Source: Stegostoma tigrinum
Lineage: Eukaryota
Assembly (NCBI RefSeq): GCF_030684315.1
Contig: NC_081394.1
Span: 5,488,163-5,552,162 of the forward strand
Length of the DNA stretch: 64,000 nucleotides
Direction of reading: 5' to 3'
The notes below the pieces were generated by a model. That model made no database searches and was not told the DNA's origin. It saw nothing but the letters and a program-made list of their open reading frames with translations. Position numbers and translations under genes: made by a program. This document shows positions 25,135-37,559 of the stretch, piece by piece (within the stretch, counting starts at the first letter, position 1; every line of letters starts with the position of its first letter).

Positions 25135-28100
25135 TCACCATCTTTTGCGCTGGCGGATGATGCAAAAGACAATTCCAACAACAGCAAAAACAACAGCAGC
25201 AAGAATCCCGATTTGCAATCCAGCACTTGCTCCAGTAGAAAGTCCAGGATCTGGAGACAGTAATGAAGACATGAGCAGACTGGAACACATGAACAAAATT
25301 AACAGCAGAGATCTTGATCAGCTAGTGTTTCAGAACCAGCCCCAGTACAAAGAGATCCCGAGCTAATTCTAGTCCTTGACAGATGTGGGAGGTTAGATAC
25401 CAATAATCTCTCTCTCGCGCTCTCTCTCTCTCACACACACACACACCCACACAAGCGCCTAATCTGTTACAGCGAGTGTAGATGTCCTCTTCTACTAACT
25501 AAACTTGAAACACTCAGAAGTTCGCCTCACCCTTGTATCTATGAAAAGATCGGTTAAAGAAAAGAAAGTCTCTGATCTCCACTCTATGTGAGTAACGAGT
25601 ACAGGTAGTTCTGCTGTTAAACATGTTTTGTCAATGCGAATTGGCTATAATGCACTTGAGAAATTCGTGAATGCTGTTTGGCTAACACGAGTTTTCTGTT
25701 GTACAGATAAAGCGATTTTTTTTCAAAAATAGCAATCGTCTACAGTGCAGTTTTCTACAAGCGCAATTCTCTATAGCATGAGGTTGGGCATGAGCCCAAT
25801 TAATAAGACAACAATAAATTAAAACTTAGTCTGTGCTAACTTGGAGAGACTGTCTTCTGGAGCGCTCTGCCTTCTCCATTATTTCACAAACACTGTTCTG
25901 CTGATTCTGCAGTCAGGGGCATTTTCTGTGTAACCCCTACAGTGAGGATTTTGAGCTAAAATGCCGTGGTATCATTGCTGGGGCTTTTTAAGAGAGCTTA
26001 ACAATTTTGTGAGAAAGCAAGGTTTATTTCTCAGATGGTGGATTCGCTTTCGCTCCAAATGACAAATGGCTCTCTCCCTTATTTTCAAAAACCCTTGTGT
26101 TACATACATTTCAATAACATTTTTTTTTATAAAATGGTGCAGGTTGTCTAAACCATCAGTTTTAAATTCAGTTGGTTTTCTGTATCTCGGCGCTTGGTTT
26201 GAATTAATTGGCTAAATTTAAATTAGTTATCTCAACAGCAAGACAAAACTGCTGTTTTGCCTGCCAAGTGTAAAGCCTTTTGACACACTTGTTTCAATTT
26301 TGGGGCTCTCTGTACAGTACTTGCAAACTTCCAAGACCAGACAAAGCACAATCTCTTAAAGGGGCTGTGCACTGCTTTTGCCTGCTCATTATTTTACAAA
26401 CACGTTCCAGCTGAGTACTCTACACAACTCGGTAACAATATGCTTTCCAATAGAGAACAGGACACTGACCAGCAGCAGTTTACCTTCAATTAAACCCAAA
26501 GGAAGAAACAGAAACCATTTCCTAAATGGGAAAGTCTTGGGATTAGATGGAAATACCATTGATACCCAGGTCAATTTCTTTTTTCTCATTTGTAGGATGA
26601 GGGTGTCGCTGTCTGGGCCCAGCATATAAATGCCTGTCGCTAGCTGCCCCTTGACAAGCTGGTGGTGAGCAGCATTTTTGGTGCGCCGCAGTCCACCTGC
26701 TGTGAGTCGACCCACAATGCCCTTAGGGAGGGAATTCCAGGATTTTGACCCAGCAACAGTGAAGGAACAGCATTATATTTGTATGTCAGCATAGAGAATG
26801 GCTTGGTGAAGAACTTGAAGATGGTGGTGTTCCCATATATCTGCTGGCCTTGTCCTTCGAGATGGAAGTAGTCGTGGGTTTGGAAAATGCTGTCTGAGGA
26901 TCTTCAGTGCATCTCGTCGATAGTAAACATTGCTGATACTGAGTGTCGGCGGTGGAAGAGAGAATGCTTAAGGGTGTTGTGCCAGTCAAGCAGGCTGCTT
27001 TGTCCTGGGTGGTGTCAAGCTTCCTCAGTGTTGTTGCACTCATCCAGGCAAGTGGGGAGTATTACATCATACTCCTGACTTGTGCCTTGTAGATCGTGGA
27101 CAGACTTTGGGGAGGCAGGAGGTGAGTTACTTGTCACCGTATTCCTAGCCTTTGACCTGCTCTTGTATCCAGTGTTTAAGAGGTGAGTCTAGTTGAATTC
27201 TGGACAGTGCTAACACCAAGATGTTGGCAGTTGGAGAATCAGTGATAGTAACACTATTGAATGCCACGGTGGGGTGGTTCGATTGTCTTTTACTGGTGAT
27301 CATCATAGCCTGACGTCTGTATGCTGCAAATGTTAATTGCCATTTGTCAGCCCAAGCCTGGATATTGTCCAAATTGTTTTGCATTTGAAGACGGACTACT
27401 TCAGTATCTGAGAACTTATGAATGGTGCTGATCATTGAACAATCATCGGTGAACATCCCCACTTTTGATGGGAGGAAGGTCATTGAGGAAGCAGCTGAAG
27501 ATGGTTGGGCTGAGGACTCTACCCTGAGGAACTCCTGCAGAGATGTCCTGGAGCTGAGATTATAGGCCTCCAACAACCACGACCATCCTCCTCTGTGTCA
27601 GACATGATCCTAAAGACTGGAGAGTTTGCCCCTGATACCCACTGCTTCCAGTTTTGCTAAGGGTCCTTGATGCCAAACTCGGTTGAATGCAGCCTCGATG
27701 TCAAGGGCTGTCACTCTCATCTCGTTCCTGGAATTCAGCTCGTTTGTCCATGTTTGAACCAAGGCTGCAATGAGGTCAGGAGCTGACTGTGATGGAATGC
27801 TCCCAACTTGTCTGGATGAGTGCTGCCTCAACACGCAAGAAGCTTGACACCATCCAGGATACACTGGGTAATACTGAGCAGGTTATTGCTGAGCAGGTGC
27901 TGCTTGATAACACTGTTGATGATCAAGAGTAGACTGATGTAGTGGTAACTGACTGGGTTGGATTTGTCCTGCTTTTTATGTACAGGACATACCTGGGCAA
28001 CTTTCCACATTGTCGAGTAGACGCCAGTGTTGTAACTACACTGAACAGTTTGGCTAGGGGACCGGCAAGTTCTGGAGCACAAGTCTTCAGTACCATTGCC

Positions 28101-31100
28101 AGAATGTTGTCAGGACCTGTAGCCTTTGTAGTGTCCACAGTCTCCAACTCTTTCTTCATATTACAAGAGTGAATCAAATTGGGTGAAGACTGGTGTCTAT
28201 AATGCTGGGACCACTAGAGGAAACAGTGACGGATCATTCACTCAGCACTTCTGACTGAAGATTGCTGCAAATATTTCAGCCTTATCTTTTGCACTGATAT
28301 GCTGGGCTCTTCCATCATTGAGAATGGGAATATTTGTGGAGTCTCAATTCATAACTGGACGTAGCAGGACTGCAGCTTAGATCTAATCCATCAGTTATGG
28401 GACCATTCAGCTCTGACTATCACTTGCTGCTTATACTGTTTGGCATGCAACTACTCCTGTTTGGTGACTTTACCAGGTTTACATCTCAATCTCAAGTATG
28501 CCTGGCGATACTCCTGGCAATCCGTCCTGCACTCTCCATTGAACCAGGGTTGATCCCCTGATTGATGGTTGACTGCAATATGCTATGTTGTGAAGTTACA
28601 AATGGTATTGGAGTACAATTCTGCTGTTGTTGATGGCCCACAGTGCCTCATGAATGCTAGATCTGTTTGAAGTCTGTACCATGTAGCACAATGGAGATTA
28701 TTTACAATGTGGGTGAGGTCAAGGTTGTTTTTCCCACACCACCTGCCGCAGACCCAGTCTAGCAGCTACGTCCCTTAAGATCCAAACAGTTCGATCAGTA
28801 GTCCTGCTGCCGAGCCACTCTTGGTGGTGGACATTGAAATCTCGCACCCAGAGTTGTTTTAAATACATTCACAGGATGAGGGCACCACTGGCTAAACAGC
28901 ATTTATTACCAATCCCAAATTATGCAGAGGGCAGTTCAGAGTCAACCACATTGCTGTGGGTCTGGGGTCACATGTAGGCCAGACAAGGTAAGGATGGCAG
29001 TTTCCTTCCCCAAAGGATATTGATGAACCAGATGGGTTTTTCCGACAATTGAGAACGGATTCACGGTCATCATTAGATCCTTAGTTCCAGATATTTTATT
29101 GGATTCAAATTCCAAATTCCACCATCTGTCATGGTGAAATTCGAACAAGGGCCCCCAGAACATTATCTAGGTTTCTGGATTATCAGTCCAGTGATAATAC
29201 CACTCGGCCATTACCTCCTCCAGTATGTTTTGTGCCTTGTCATCCTTGATTCCTCCAATTGTTTTCAACATGGAGGAGCACCCATTCATCAGCTGAGGGT
29301 GGATGGTACTGTGGTGATCAACAAGAAAGTTTCCTTACCCATGTTTAACCTGAAGCCATGAGACTTCATGGGTCCAGAGTCAATGGTGAGGACTCACAGG
29401 GCAACTCCCTCCTGACTGTGTATACCACTGTGCTATTACCCCTGCTGAGCCTGACCTGCCAGTCGGACAGGGTATACTCAGGGACGGTGATGGTACCAAT
29501 GCCTGGGACATTGTAAGGTATGATTCCGTGGGTGTGACTGTGTCAGGCTGTTGCTTGACTAGTCTCTGTGAGACGGCTCTCCCAGTAGACCCCAGATGTT
29601 AGTGAGGGGAAGTTTGCAGGGTCGACAGGACTGTTTCTGCTGTTGTCTTTTCTGGTGCCTAGATTGATGCTGGGTTATCTACCTGGTTTCATTTCTTTGA
29701 GACTTTGTAGCGATTGGTACAGCTGAATGGGGCTTGCTCGGACATTTCAGGAGACAACTGAGAGTCAGCTGCATTGCTGTGGGTCTGGAGTCACATGTCG
29801 GCCAGAATGGGTGAGGATGGCAGATGTCCTTTTTCTGAAGAACATTAGTGATCCAGATAGGTCTTTCCCAATAATTAACAAGGATTTCATGCTCATCAAT
29901 AGATTCTTAATTCCAGATTTTGGTAAAAATGAATTCAAATTTCACCATCTGCCGTGACATTCAAATCATTAGCTGAGTTTCTGCATTAATACTCTAGTGA
30001 TAATATCATGAGGCAATTACCTCTCCCTAATATTATGCTCCACTGTCTTCAATGCGGAGATCTTGGGGCCACTCCCTCCTGCCTGGATATCACCATCCCC
30101 AAACCTCTGGTGGGCTCCGCCACCAACCCCAACCCCTACCAAGAACCCTCCCACCCCTCTACCCCGACCTCACCCCCACCAGTCAGACAGGGTATATATC
30201 CAGGGACAGAGACCAAAGCAATCTGGGAGGTAGGATTACTGAGGAGGCTCTTGAGTTACAACTGGGCTATACAATCTCTTTGTTTCCTGATTCAATCCCT
30301 GGGCGACAGTCTGCTTCCCACACCACCACCCTCTCCCACACAGTGTGGGACAACCCAGCTTCTCTTCTCTCCTCAACCACCACCACCTGCCCCCACCAGT
30401 TTCACTTTCTCTCTGACAGTGTGGCACTCCCCCAGCCTCACCCTCTCTCTACCCATGTACTGCACCCTCTATGCCAATAGTGTTCCCCCACCATACTGCT
30501 ACTTCCCCAATAGGATGGTGGTCCAGTAGAGCCCTCAGCAGCAGTGAGTTTGGGCCCCATTTTATCCTGGAGTCTAATAGAGGGATCTGACCCCATGGCC
30601 TTCAAAATCAGGGCTCAGAGGTTAGTTGTACCCACTGAACCCTTCTCCAGCATTATACACTTTCACAGGGGAATACCTTGGGTTCGATTGAGTTGCTTGC
30701 CATGATCTGCTTCTAGGGTTTCATTTGGGCCTTGGGTTGGGCCAACTGGAAAACAAAACATGAAAATGTTAACTTTACCCTTCTTCCAGAGCTCATCAAA
30801 TTCTGAAACATTCATCTGTGTCTTTATGGCCTACAGGTTCAGCTATTCCAATGTTCTCCTGGTCACTGTGTCACATGGAACCCTCTGTTACCTTCAGTTC
30901 ATCCCAAACTCTGCTGTCCTTGTACCTTAACCCACTGCAATGAGTTCTGTTCACGTCACTCACTGTTAGTCACTGATTCCCATTAGCTCAGAGTCTGGAG
31001 ACACAATCAGGTCAATGGTCTACCTCTAGGAAAGGTAAGAGGGGTAGGCAGGTACTGGAGGAGCTTCCTGTGGCTATCTTCATCTCAAACAAGTATGCTG

Positions 31101-34100
31101 TTTTGGAAAATTTAAGGGGGTGATGGACTCTTGTTGGAATGGAGCACTGACAGCCATGTTTCTGGTACTGAGATTGGCTCTGATGTAACACGGGGAACGT
31201 AAGCTTCCAAGGTAAGATAGGAGCTGTAGTTAGAGGCTCAGAGAGATATTTCTGCGGCCAGTAATGTGGTATCAGAATGACGTGTTGTCTCCCAGATGCC
31301 AGGGTCAGGGATGTCTCAGAGAGGGTGCAGAATATTCCCAAAGGGGAGGGAGACCAGCAGGAGGTTGTTGTACAAATTGAAACCAAAGACACGAGAGAAA
31401 GGATGAGGTTCTTAGAAGAGAATATAGGAAATTAGACAGGAAGTTCAAAAGCAGATCTTTTGAGGCTAGTAATATCTGGATTACTTCTGATATCAGGTGC
31501 TAGTAAGGAATAGGAGGATAGAGCAGACGAATGTGCAGCTGAGGAGCTGGTGTAGGGGAGAAGGACACACATTTTTGGATCATTGGAATCTCTTCTGGGG
31601 CAGAAATGACCTGAGTAAGCATTGTGGGTGTGCCTGAATTGGAAGGGGACTAATAAATTGGCAGGGAGATTTGCTACAGCTGCTCGGGGAGATACTTAGT
31701 CTGAGGCAGTGGGGAAAAGGAGCAAGTCCAAATGTCAAGGTGGGCAAGGCCAAAGCAGAGAAAGAGGTAGGTCTGATCAATTAAACTGCATTTATTTCAA
31801 TGCGAGAAGCCTAACAGGTAAAGACAAATTAACTCAGGGCATAGATGGGAACATGGGACTGAGAAATCATAGTAATATCGTAGAAACGGCTCAGGGAAGG
31901 ATTGGCAGCGTTACGTTCCAGGGAATAGATGTGAAGGGAAGGATATAAATGGAGGAGGGCAAGAGAGGAGGGCAGTGGCATTTTCGGTACGGGATAATAT
32001 TACGGCTGTACTATGGGACTCATCATAGCCCCTACAGTCCCCGCAACCTCCATACCAATTATTTCTGCCTCCTCTTCAGTTTAATAATAACCTTCCTATT
32101 GGAGAGTAAGCAGAACTATATGAAGTATTCCAAAAGTGGCATCACCAATATCTTGTACAACCGCAACATTACCTCCCAACTCATATACTCAGTGGTCTGA
32201 GCAATGAAAGCTCGTCTGCCAAATGTCTTCTTTACCACCCTGTCTACCTGTGACACAGTTTAAGTAACCACATACCCGAATTCCTACATCTCTTGTTCAA
32301 CATCACTCCCCAGGGCCATAACATTACGTGGGTCTTGCTCTTGTTCATCTTACCAAAGTGCATCACCTCACATTTATCTCAATTAAACTCAGTCTGCCAC
32401 TCCTCGGCTCATTGGCCTGGTTGTACTCCTACATAACCTCCTTCATTGCATATAATACTACCAATTTTTGGTGTCATCCACAAACTTACTAACCGTGCTT
32501 CCTATATGCTCCTTCAAATTGTTTATAGAAAATGACAAACGACAGTGGATCCAATTCTGTCGACACACCACTGGTCACAGATCTCCGTCTGAAAAACTAT
32601 CCCTCCCACCACTCTGTTATCTACCGTCAAGCAAATTTTGTATCCAATTGACAAGCTCTCCCAAATCCCATGTGATCTAATGTTACTAACAGTCTACCAT
32701 GTGAAATCTGATCAAAGGCCTTGCTAAAATCCATGTAGACAGTGTCTACTGCTCTGACCTCATTTACGTTCTTAGTCACATCCTCAGAAACACAATCATG
32801 TTTGTGAGACTTGATTACCCACACACAAAGCCATGCTGACTATTCCTAATCAGTCCTTGCCTCTCCAAATTCCTGTCTCTCAGAATTCCCTCCAACGATT
32901 TATCCACTACTGATGTCAGACTCAACAGTCCATAGTTCTCAATGTTTCTTGTACAATGGCACCCTGCAGTCTTCTGGCAGCTCACTTGTGCCTGTAAGGA
33001 GTAAGTAAACCCCAGCCATAGGTAGTTTCTGAGCTGCTCATGCTCCCATTGTCCAAGACATCAAGTCACATTCTAAGTGCACGTTGTACAATGAATTGAC
33101 AGGTACTCTCCATTTATCCCAGTTATTAAAACTGTAGCATTCAATGCATTCTCTAGAGGAATATCTGTGATCTTCTTCCAACTAAAGAGTTTGAGTAGAA
33201 CCCGTATTCCTTAACATAGTTATCGACTTAGGCATATTATTTGAAGAAAAAGAGTTCCCTTTCCTTTTGTTGAAAATCCTTTCTGTTACATGTCTACTTT
33301 ATTCATCTCTTCTGCACGCAGCAGTTTTTACCTTTGGTCTCATAGCTGTAGGTAAAGCTACAATATGATCTGTGGTGTTTCACTTCTGGGTTTCTTTTCC
33401 AGACTCTCACTTAGTGAGTCACTAGATCCCATGGGCTTCCCGTACAATCTCCAGCTTTCTGAACGCACGTGTGCCCCTCTTTGCTACGATGGAACACTTA
33501 GGCCTACATCTCTCACATCTGCCCTCAGCATCTTCCTTTCCAGTTTGGACAGAAAGGAGTTCCTGGGGTATTTCCACCTGTCCATTCTTTACCCAGGCTA
33601 CTTGCTTTTCTTTCACTCACCATCTTCGAGCTTTCTCAGATCAATGAGGGTCACAGAAAAGAAAGTTGAGTTTTACAGATCGGGTCACAAACATCTGCCA
33701 TTTCTGCTTCAAGACCTTCAACATGGCTCTAATTTTAGAATCACAGAATATCTATGGTGTGGAAGCAGGCCATTTACCTCATCGAGTCTGCACTGACCTT
33801 CTGACAAGCATCCAAATCAGAGCAATCCCCTGACTCTATTCCTGTAACGCTATATTTCCCATGACTAACTCACCTGGCCTGCACATCCCTGCACACAATG
33901 AATGCACTATGTACATTTAGAGATTTAACCTAATAGCTGGAACAGAAACCTCTCACCTGTGACAGAGAGTTGGATGGAAACAACTTCCTTCCATCGAAAG
34001 TGATCCCCCATCCTGCTGTAAATCTGACATTCATACTCATCCTGGTCTGTCTCCCTGAGGTCAGAGATCAGAACTGACCAGTTGCCTTTTTCCAGCTGAT

Positions 34101-37100
34101 CTTTGAACAGGTTTGTTCTGTTTCTGAACCGTGCATTTTGTTCTCTTAAAGCATCATTCCCATTGACAAACTTGTGTAAGAGTTCATATTTGAGAGTCCC
34201 CCATATTATCTGTAAATCAGAGACTGAGACATTCCCACTGTAGGTACAGGGCAGCACAACCTGCTCTCCAACGAACCCGGAAACTAGGACAGGCGAGTCA
34301 CCTGGAAAAGGATTGAAGATATTTATCAATTATTCACTACTGGTACATTATATCCCAATACCAGTAAAGGCATAGAGTCGTACAGTTATACAGTGTGGAT
34401 ACAGATCCTTTGGTCCAACTCATCCGCACGGACCAGATATCCTAAACTGATCTAGTCCCATTTTCCAACGTTTGGCCCAAATCCCTGTAAACCTTTCCTA
34501 TTCATGCATCAATCCAAATATCTTTTAAATGTTGTAATTTTACAAGCCTCCACAACCTCCTCTGGCATTTTGTTCTGTACAATTATCACCCTCTGCATGA
34601 TAATGTTGCTCCTCAGGTCTTCTTTAAAATCTCATCTTAAACCTACGCCTTCCAGTTTATGACTCCCTCATCCTGGGAGAAAGATCTTGGCTATTCACCC
34701 TATTCATAGTTTTAAAAATCTCTACAAGGTCACCCGTCAACCTCAACTCGTCAGGGAAGAAAGCCTATTCGGCTTCTCCCTACAGCTTAAACCCTCCAAT
34801 CCAAGCAACAGCCTTGTAAAAACGTCTGATGCATGGCTTTTAAAAGTATGAACTGTACTCAGAACCTAATTATTTTAAAACAAAATTAAACACTGCAACA
34901 GATGACTACTGAGGGTTACTGACTTGGTCGATGGATTAAGATGAACAACGACATACTCAAAAAAAAGACAATGTTGCACATTCCACCTAAAGCAGTAACT
35001 CCCAAAACCTGAAATATGGATTTTACCTTCTTCAATCACACTCTACTCCTCTCCATTTGGACTTTAAAGGATACGTTAGGGTACTTTTTAGATAGTATGA
35101 AATTGAATATAGTGGATGTCCAAATAAATGTGGGGGTTCAGGTAAGGATGCACATGTTATAATGTATTATACGAAACCCTAATTTTGTAAACTGTGAGCA
35201 GTGCTGGGCACATCTTAGAAAGGATGCGTTGTTCTTGAAAAGAGTGCAAATTGTAGGCTCAGAGGACTGATATCTGAACTTCAGGTTCAATTATGAGGAA
35301 AGAATATACAATTTCTTTTTCTTCAGAATTTAGAAGAGTAAGTGGAGACCTGATCGAAGTTTTCAAAAGATTGGGTTGATCAAGATAAACTATTACTACT
35401 GTTTGGAGATTCTAAAACTAGGGGGTGTCGTCTGACGATTAGGGCCAGAAGCATTCAGGAGAGATGTTAAGGGGCACTTCTACATGCAAGGTGTGATAAA
35501 TGCTTGAAATGCTCTTACACTAAAGGCACTGGATGCTGGGTCAGTGTTGGGCAACATGGTGGCTCAGTGGTTCGCACTGCTGCCCCACAGCGCCAGGGGC
35601 ATGGGTTCAATTCCCCTCGGGCCACTGTTTGTGTGGACTTTGCATGTTCACCCCCCTGTCTGTGAGAGTTTGCTCCAGTTTCCTCCCACAGTCTAGACAT
35701 GTGCAGGCAAGGTGGATTGGCCATGGTAAATTGCCCATAGTGATCTGTGATGTGTAGGCGAGGTGGGTTTGGGGAATGGGTCTGGGTGGAATGCTCAGAA
35801 GTTCAGTGTGGACTTGTTGGGCTGTAGGGATTCTATGGTGTTGTTCATTTTAAATCTAAGCATTCTTTTATTTAAGCAAAAGTACTAGAGATATGTGCCA
35901 AAGACAGTTAAACGGAGTTTGGCTACAGATCAGACATGATCTCATTGAATGGTGGAACTGGTTCAAGGGGCTGAATGGCCCACTCCTGTCGTAATTTTCC
36001 CTCAATACAACCAGACTTTGCCCACTCCCAGGATTCAAAGCCCATTATGTGCCTTCCTTTCAGCTCAGGGTAACACAGCACCTGAGGTCCTCTCCCAACC
36101 AGTGTCCAGATGTCACTGTGACACATCCCGGGGTTAACCCTTTCAACTCTCTCGTGTCTCCCCCAAGCCTTTGATCACTGCTGAAATGTTCCAGCAGTCA
36201 CAGCACTGACCTGAAACAGAGGCAACAATATTTAGCAGCAGCAGCAGGAATAGTTTCTGTGAGCTGCATCCCTGCGACAAGAAAACACAGTGAGGCCCTT
36301 TCCTTTACAGCAGATCCATCGTTATGCCTCCTCCTCGCGCCTGCGATCTCCCGCCCCAAGTACAGGCCTCTTCTCACCGTTTTCCCATCCCCTCCCTCCA
36401 ACATCCTCCCCGCTCCCCACCCCAACATCCGCCTGTCCTCCCCACTCCACACCAACTTCCCTCCGTCCTCCCCGATGCCCCCCAACTCTCCCCCGTCCTC
36501 CCCGATCCCCCAACTCTCCCCCGTCCTCCCCGATCCCCCAACTCTCCCCCGTCCTCCCCGATCCCCCAACTCACCCCCGCCCACCCCAATCCCCCCCCAC
36601 AACTTCCCCCATCCTCCCGCTTCATCCCCAACTCCCCCCGTCCACCCCAATCCCCCCCCACAACTTCCCCCATCCTCCCGCTTCATCCCCAACTCCCCCC
36701 GCTCCTCCCCAATCCCCTCCCCCCGGCTCCTCCCCAATCCCCCCCCAACTCACTAAGCTTCCCCCCAACTCACCCCCGTCCTCCCCGATCCGCCCCCAAC
36801 TCACCCTCTGTACTCCCTCTTTCCCCCAACTTCCCTGTCCTCCCCCCGCTCCTCCCCAACTCACCCCCGTCCTCCCCGCTTCCCATCCAACTCCCCCGTC
36901 CCCCCCCCCAACTCCCCCGTCCTCCCCGATCAGCCCCAACATACCCCCGTCTTCCCCCCAACATCCCCGTCCTCCCCCCCCCAACTTCCCCCTGTCCTCC
37001 CACTTCCCCCCAACTCCTCTCACAACTTCCCCGTCCTCCCCGATCCCCCCCAACTCACCCCGGTTCTCCCCGATCCCCCCCGCTCCTCCCCCCCGTCCTC

Positions 37101-37531
37101 CCCAATCCCCCCCCCGTCCTCCCCAATCCCCCCCCCCCGTCCTCCCCAATCCCCCCCCCCCCGTCCTCCCCAATCCCCCCCCCCCCGTCCTCCCCAATCC
37201 CCCCCCCCCGTCCTCCCCAAACACCCCCCGTCCTCCCCAATCCCCCCCCACAACTTCCCCCATCCTCCCGCTTCATCTCCAACTCACCCCCGTCCTCCCT
37301 GATCCCCCCCAACTCACCCCCGTCCTCCCCGATCCCCCCAACTTCCGTGTCTTCCCCCCCCCGCTTCCCCGATCGCTCCCCCCGTGTCCTCCCCGAGCCC
37401 ACACTTGCCCATTTCCACCCCTCCCCACTCCAATCGTGTTGCCCCGCCCTTCGCCTATTCCCTCTCACCGCCCGATTCTCTTCGCTTTCCCGTCCACCCT
37501 CACTCGGTACCTGATGTCCCTGACCAGCCAT
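25135..37531 (-). CDS. Gene A: B7/butyrophilin(MOG)-like single-IgV type I membrane protein, 5 coding exons (37531-37511, 36271-36211, 34301-33957, 30745-30677, 25250-25139), ~203 aa if the TM exon reads through to TGA
   Basis: All junctions are GT-AG with compatible phases (0,1,1,1). Protein: MAGQGHQ|GCSSQKLFLLLLLNIVASVS|GDSPVLVSGFVGEQVVLPC..IIW..QNARFRNRTNLFKDQLEKGNWSVLISDLRETDQDEYECQIY..LSVT|VGPTQGPNETLEADHGKQLNRTQ|DPGLSTGASAGLQIGILAAVVFAVVGIVFCIIRQRKRW*. Confidence 0.85.
25139..25250 (-). CDS. Gene A transmembrane exon
   Basis: ctgtctccag|AT CCT...AAA AGA TG|gtgagt. Encodes LQIGILAAVVFAVVGIVFCII followed by the basic stop-transfer segment RQRKR. Confidence 0.9.
25407..25452 (+). repeat. 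(CT)n(CA)n compound microsatellite (mirror ~54341-54386)
   Basis: ctctctctcgcgctctctctctctcacacacacacacacccacac. Confidence 0.85.
26590..29730 (-). mobile_element. Degenerate non-LTR retrotransposon (CR1-group) ORF2 in the gene A intron (mirror ~50060-53200, +)
   Basis: KATGPDNI..WKVAQVCPVHKKQDKSNPVSY..ALDIEAAFNRVWHQG..MFTDDC; many frameshifts. Confidence 0.9.
30677..30745 (-). CDS. Gene A stalk exon
   Basis: 69-bp phase 1-1 exon, tgttttgttttccag|...caag|gtattc. Open frame GPTQGPNETLEADHGKQLNRTQ with two N-glycosylation sequons; the only arm difference is synonymous (GGC/GGT). Confidence 0.75.
31000..32010 (+). mobile_element. CR1 LINE ORF1 (SGNH-like) and start of ORF2 (mirror ~47790-48800)
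   Basis: CCLPDARVRDVSERVQNI..EVVVQIET and LNCIYFNARSL. Confidence 0.8.
32040..32945 (-). mobile_element. CR1 LINE ORF2 fragment (mirror ~46860-47760)
   Basis: AVDTVYMDFSKAFDQISHGRL and SKFVDDTK. Confidence 0.85.
32990..33735 (-). mobile_element. Second Gmr1-like gag/protease relic in the gene A intron (mirror ~46070-46810, +)
   Basis: ITM(L/I)RNTGSTQTL, NATVLITGINGE and LYNVHLECDL; similar to 1960-2230. Confidence 0.6.
33957..34301 (-). CDS. Gene A IgV exon (B7/BTN-type V-set domain)
   Basis: 345-bp phase 1-1 exon, ccttttccag|...acag|gtgaga. Shows B-strand LPC, C-strand W, Q..FRNRTxLF, GNxSxxI and DxxxYxC motifs. Confidence 0.95.
34372..34820 (-). mobile_element. CR1 LINE 3' end (mirror ~44980-45430)
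   Basis: Typical CR1 3' tail, similar to 22760-23165. Confidence 0.8.
35550..35838 (+). mobile_element. HE1-type V-SINE inserted into a CR1 3' fragment (mirror ~43964-44252)
   Basis: gggcaacatggtggctcagtggttcgcactgctgcc..gggttcaattcc..tttcctcccacagtc..gggattctatg. Confidence 0.9.
36211..36271 (-). CDS. Gene A signal-peptide exon
   Basis: ttttcttgtcgcag|GGA TGC...GTT TCA G|gtcagt encodes GCSSQKLFLLLLLNIVASVS with a hydrophobic core; phase 0 to 1. Confidence 0.85.
36370..37400 (-). repeat. G-rich (minus strand) low-complexity tandem tract in intron 1 of gene A
   Basis: Shuffled ~15-30-nt modules such as GGGGAGGACGGGGGTGAGTTGGGG and GGGGATCGGGGAGGAC; almost pure G-runs on the sense strand. 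Confidence 0.9.
37511..37531 (-). CDS. Gene A exon 1 coding part (MAGQGHQ); single copy, located in the spacer
   Basis: gcgcaaATG GCT GGT CAG GGA CAT CAG|gtaccg. Phase 0 matches the leader exon. Lies directly downstream of a CpG-rich promoter. Confidence 0.7.
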
Positions 37532-37559
37532 TTGCGCGGGCTCGGAGAAACGGACTAAA

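Larger units (their letters stand above)
12615..37330. repeat. Left arm of giant inverted duplication (palindrome)
   Basis: Reverse complement of 42678-64000. Paired ORFs give constant coordinate sums: 33925+45877=79802, 27145+52646=79791, 24942+54851=79793, 18184+59878=78062, 14574+62075=76649. The window end (ccttataggg) pairs with ccctataagg at 12615. Confidence 0.97.

Noticed and set aside
24942-25226. ORFs resembling signal peptides (MLDCKSGFLLLLFLLLL; also 883-1134 and 54567-54851)
   Set aside because: Alternative frame of the TM exon. Splice phase supports the GILAAVVFAVVGIVF-RQRKR frame.
27795-27868. Small inverted LINE segment matching 27000-27065 in reverse
   Set aside because: Real, but an ordinary internal rearrangement of a dead LINE with no evident function.
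33957-34301. Rearranging Ig/TCR/IgNAR V segment
   Set aside because: The exon includes its own G strand and ends in a splice donor, with no heptamer-nonamer RSS. The CACAGTG near 36285 has no nonamer at 12 or 23 bp.
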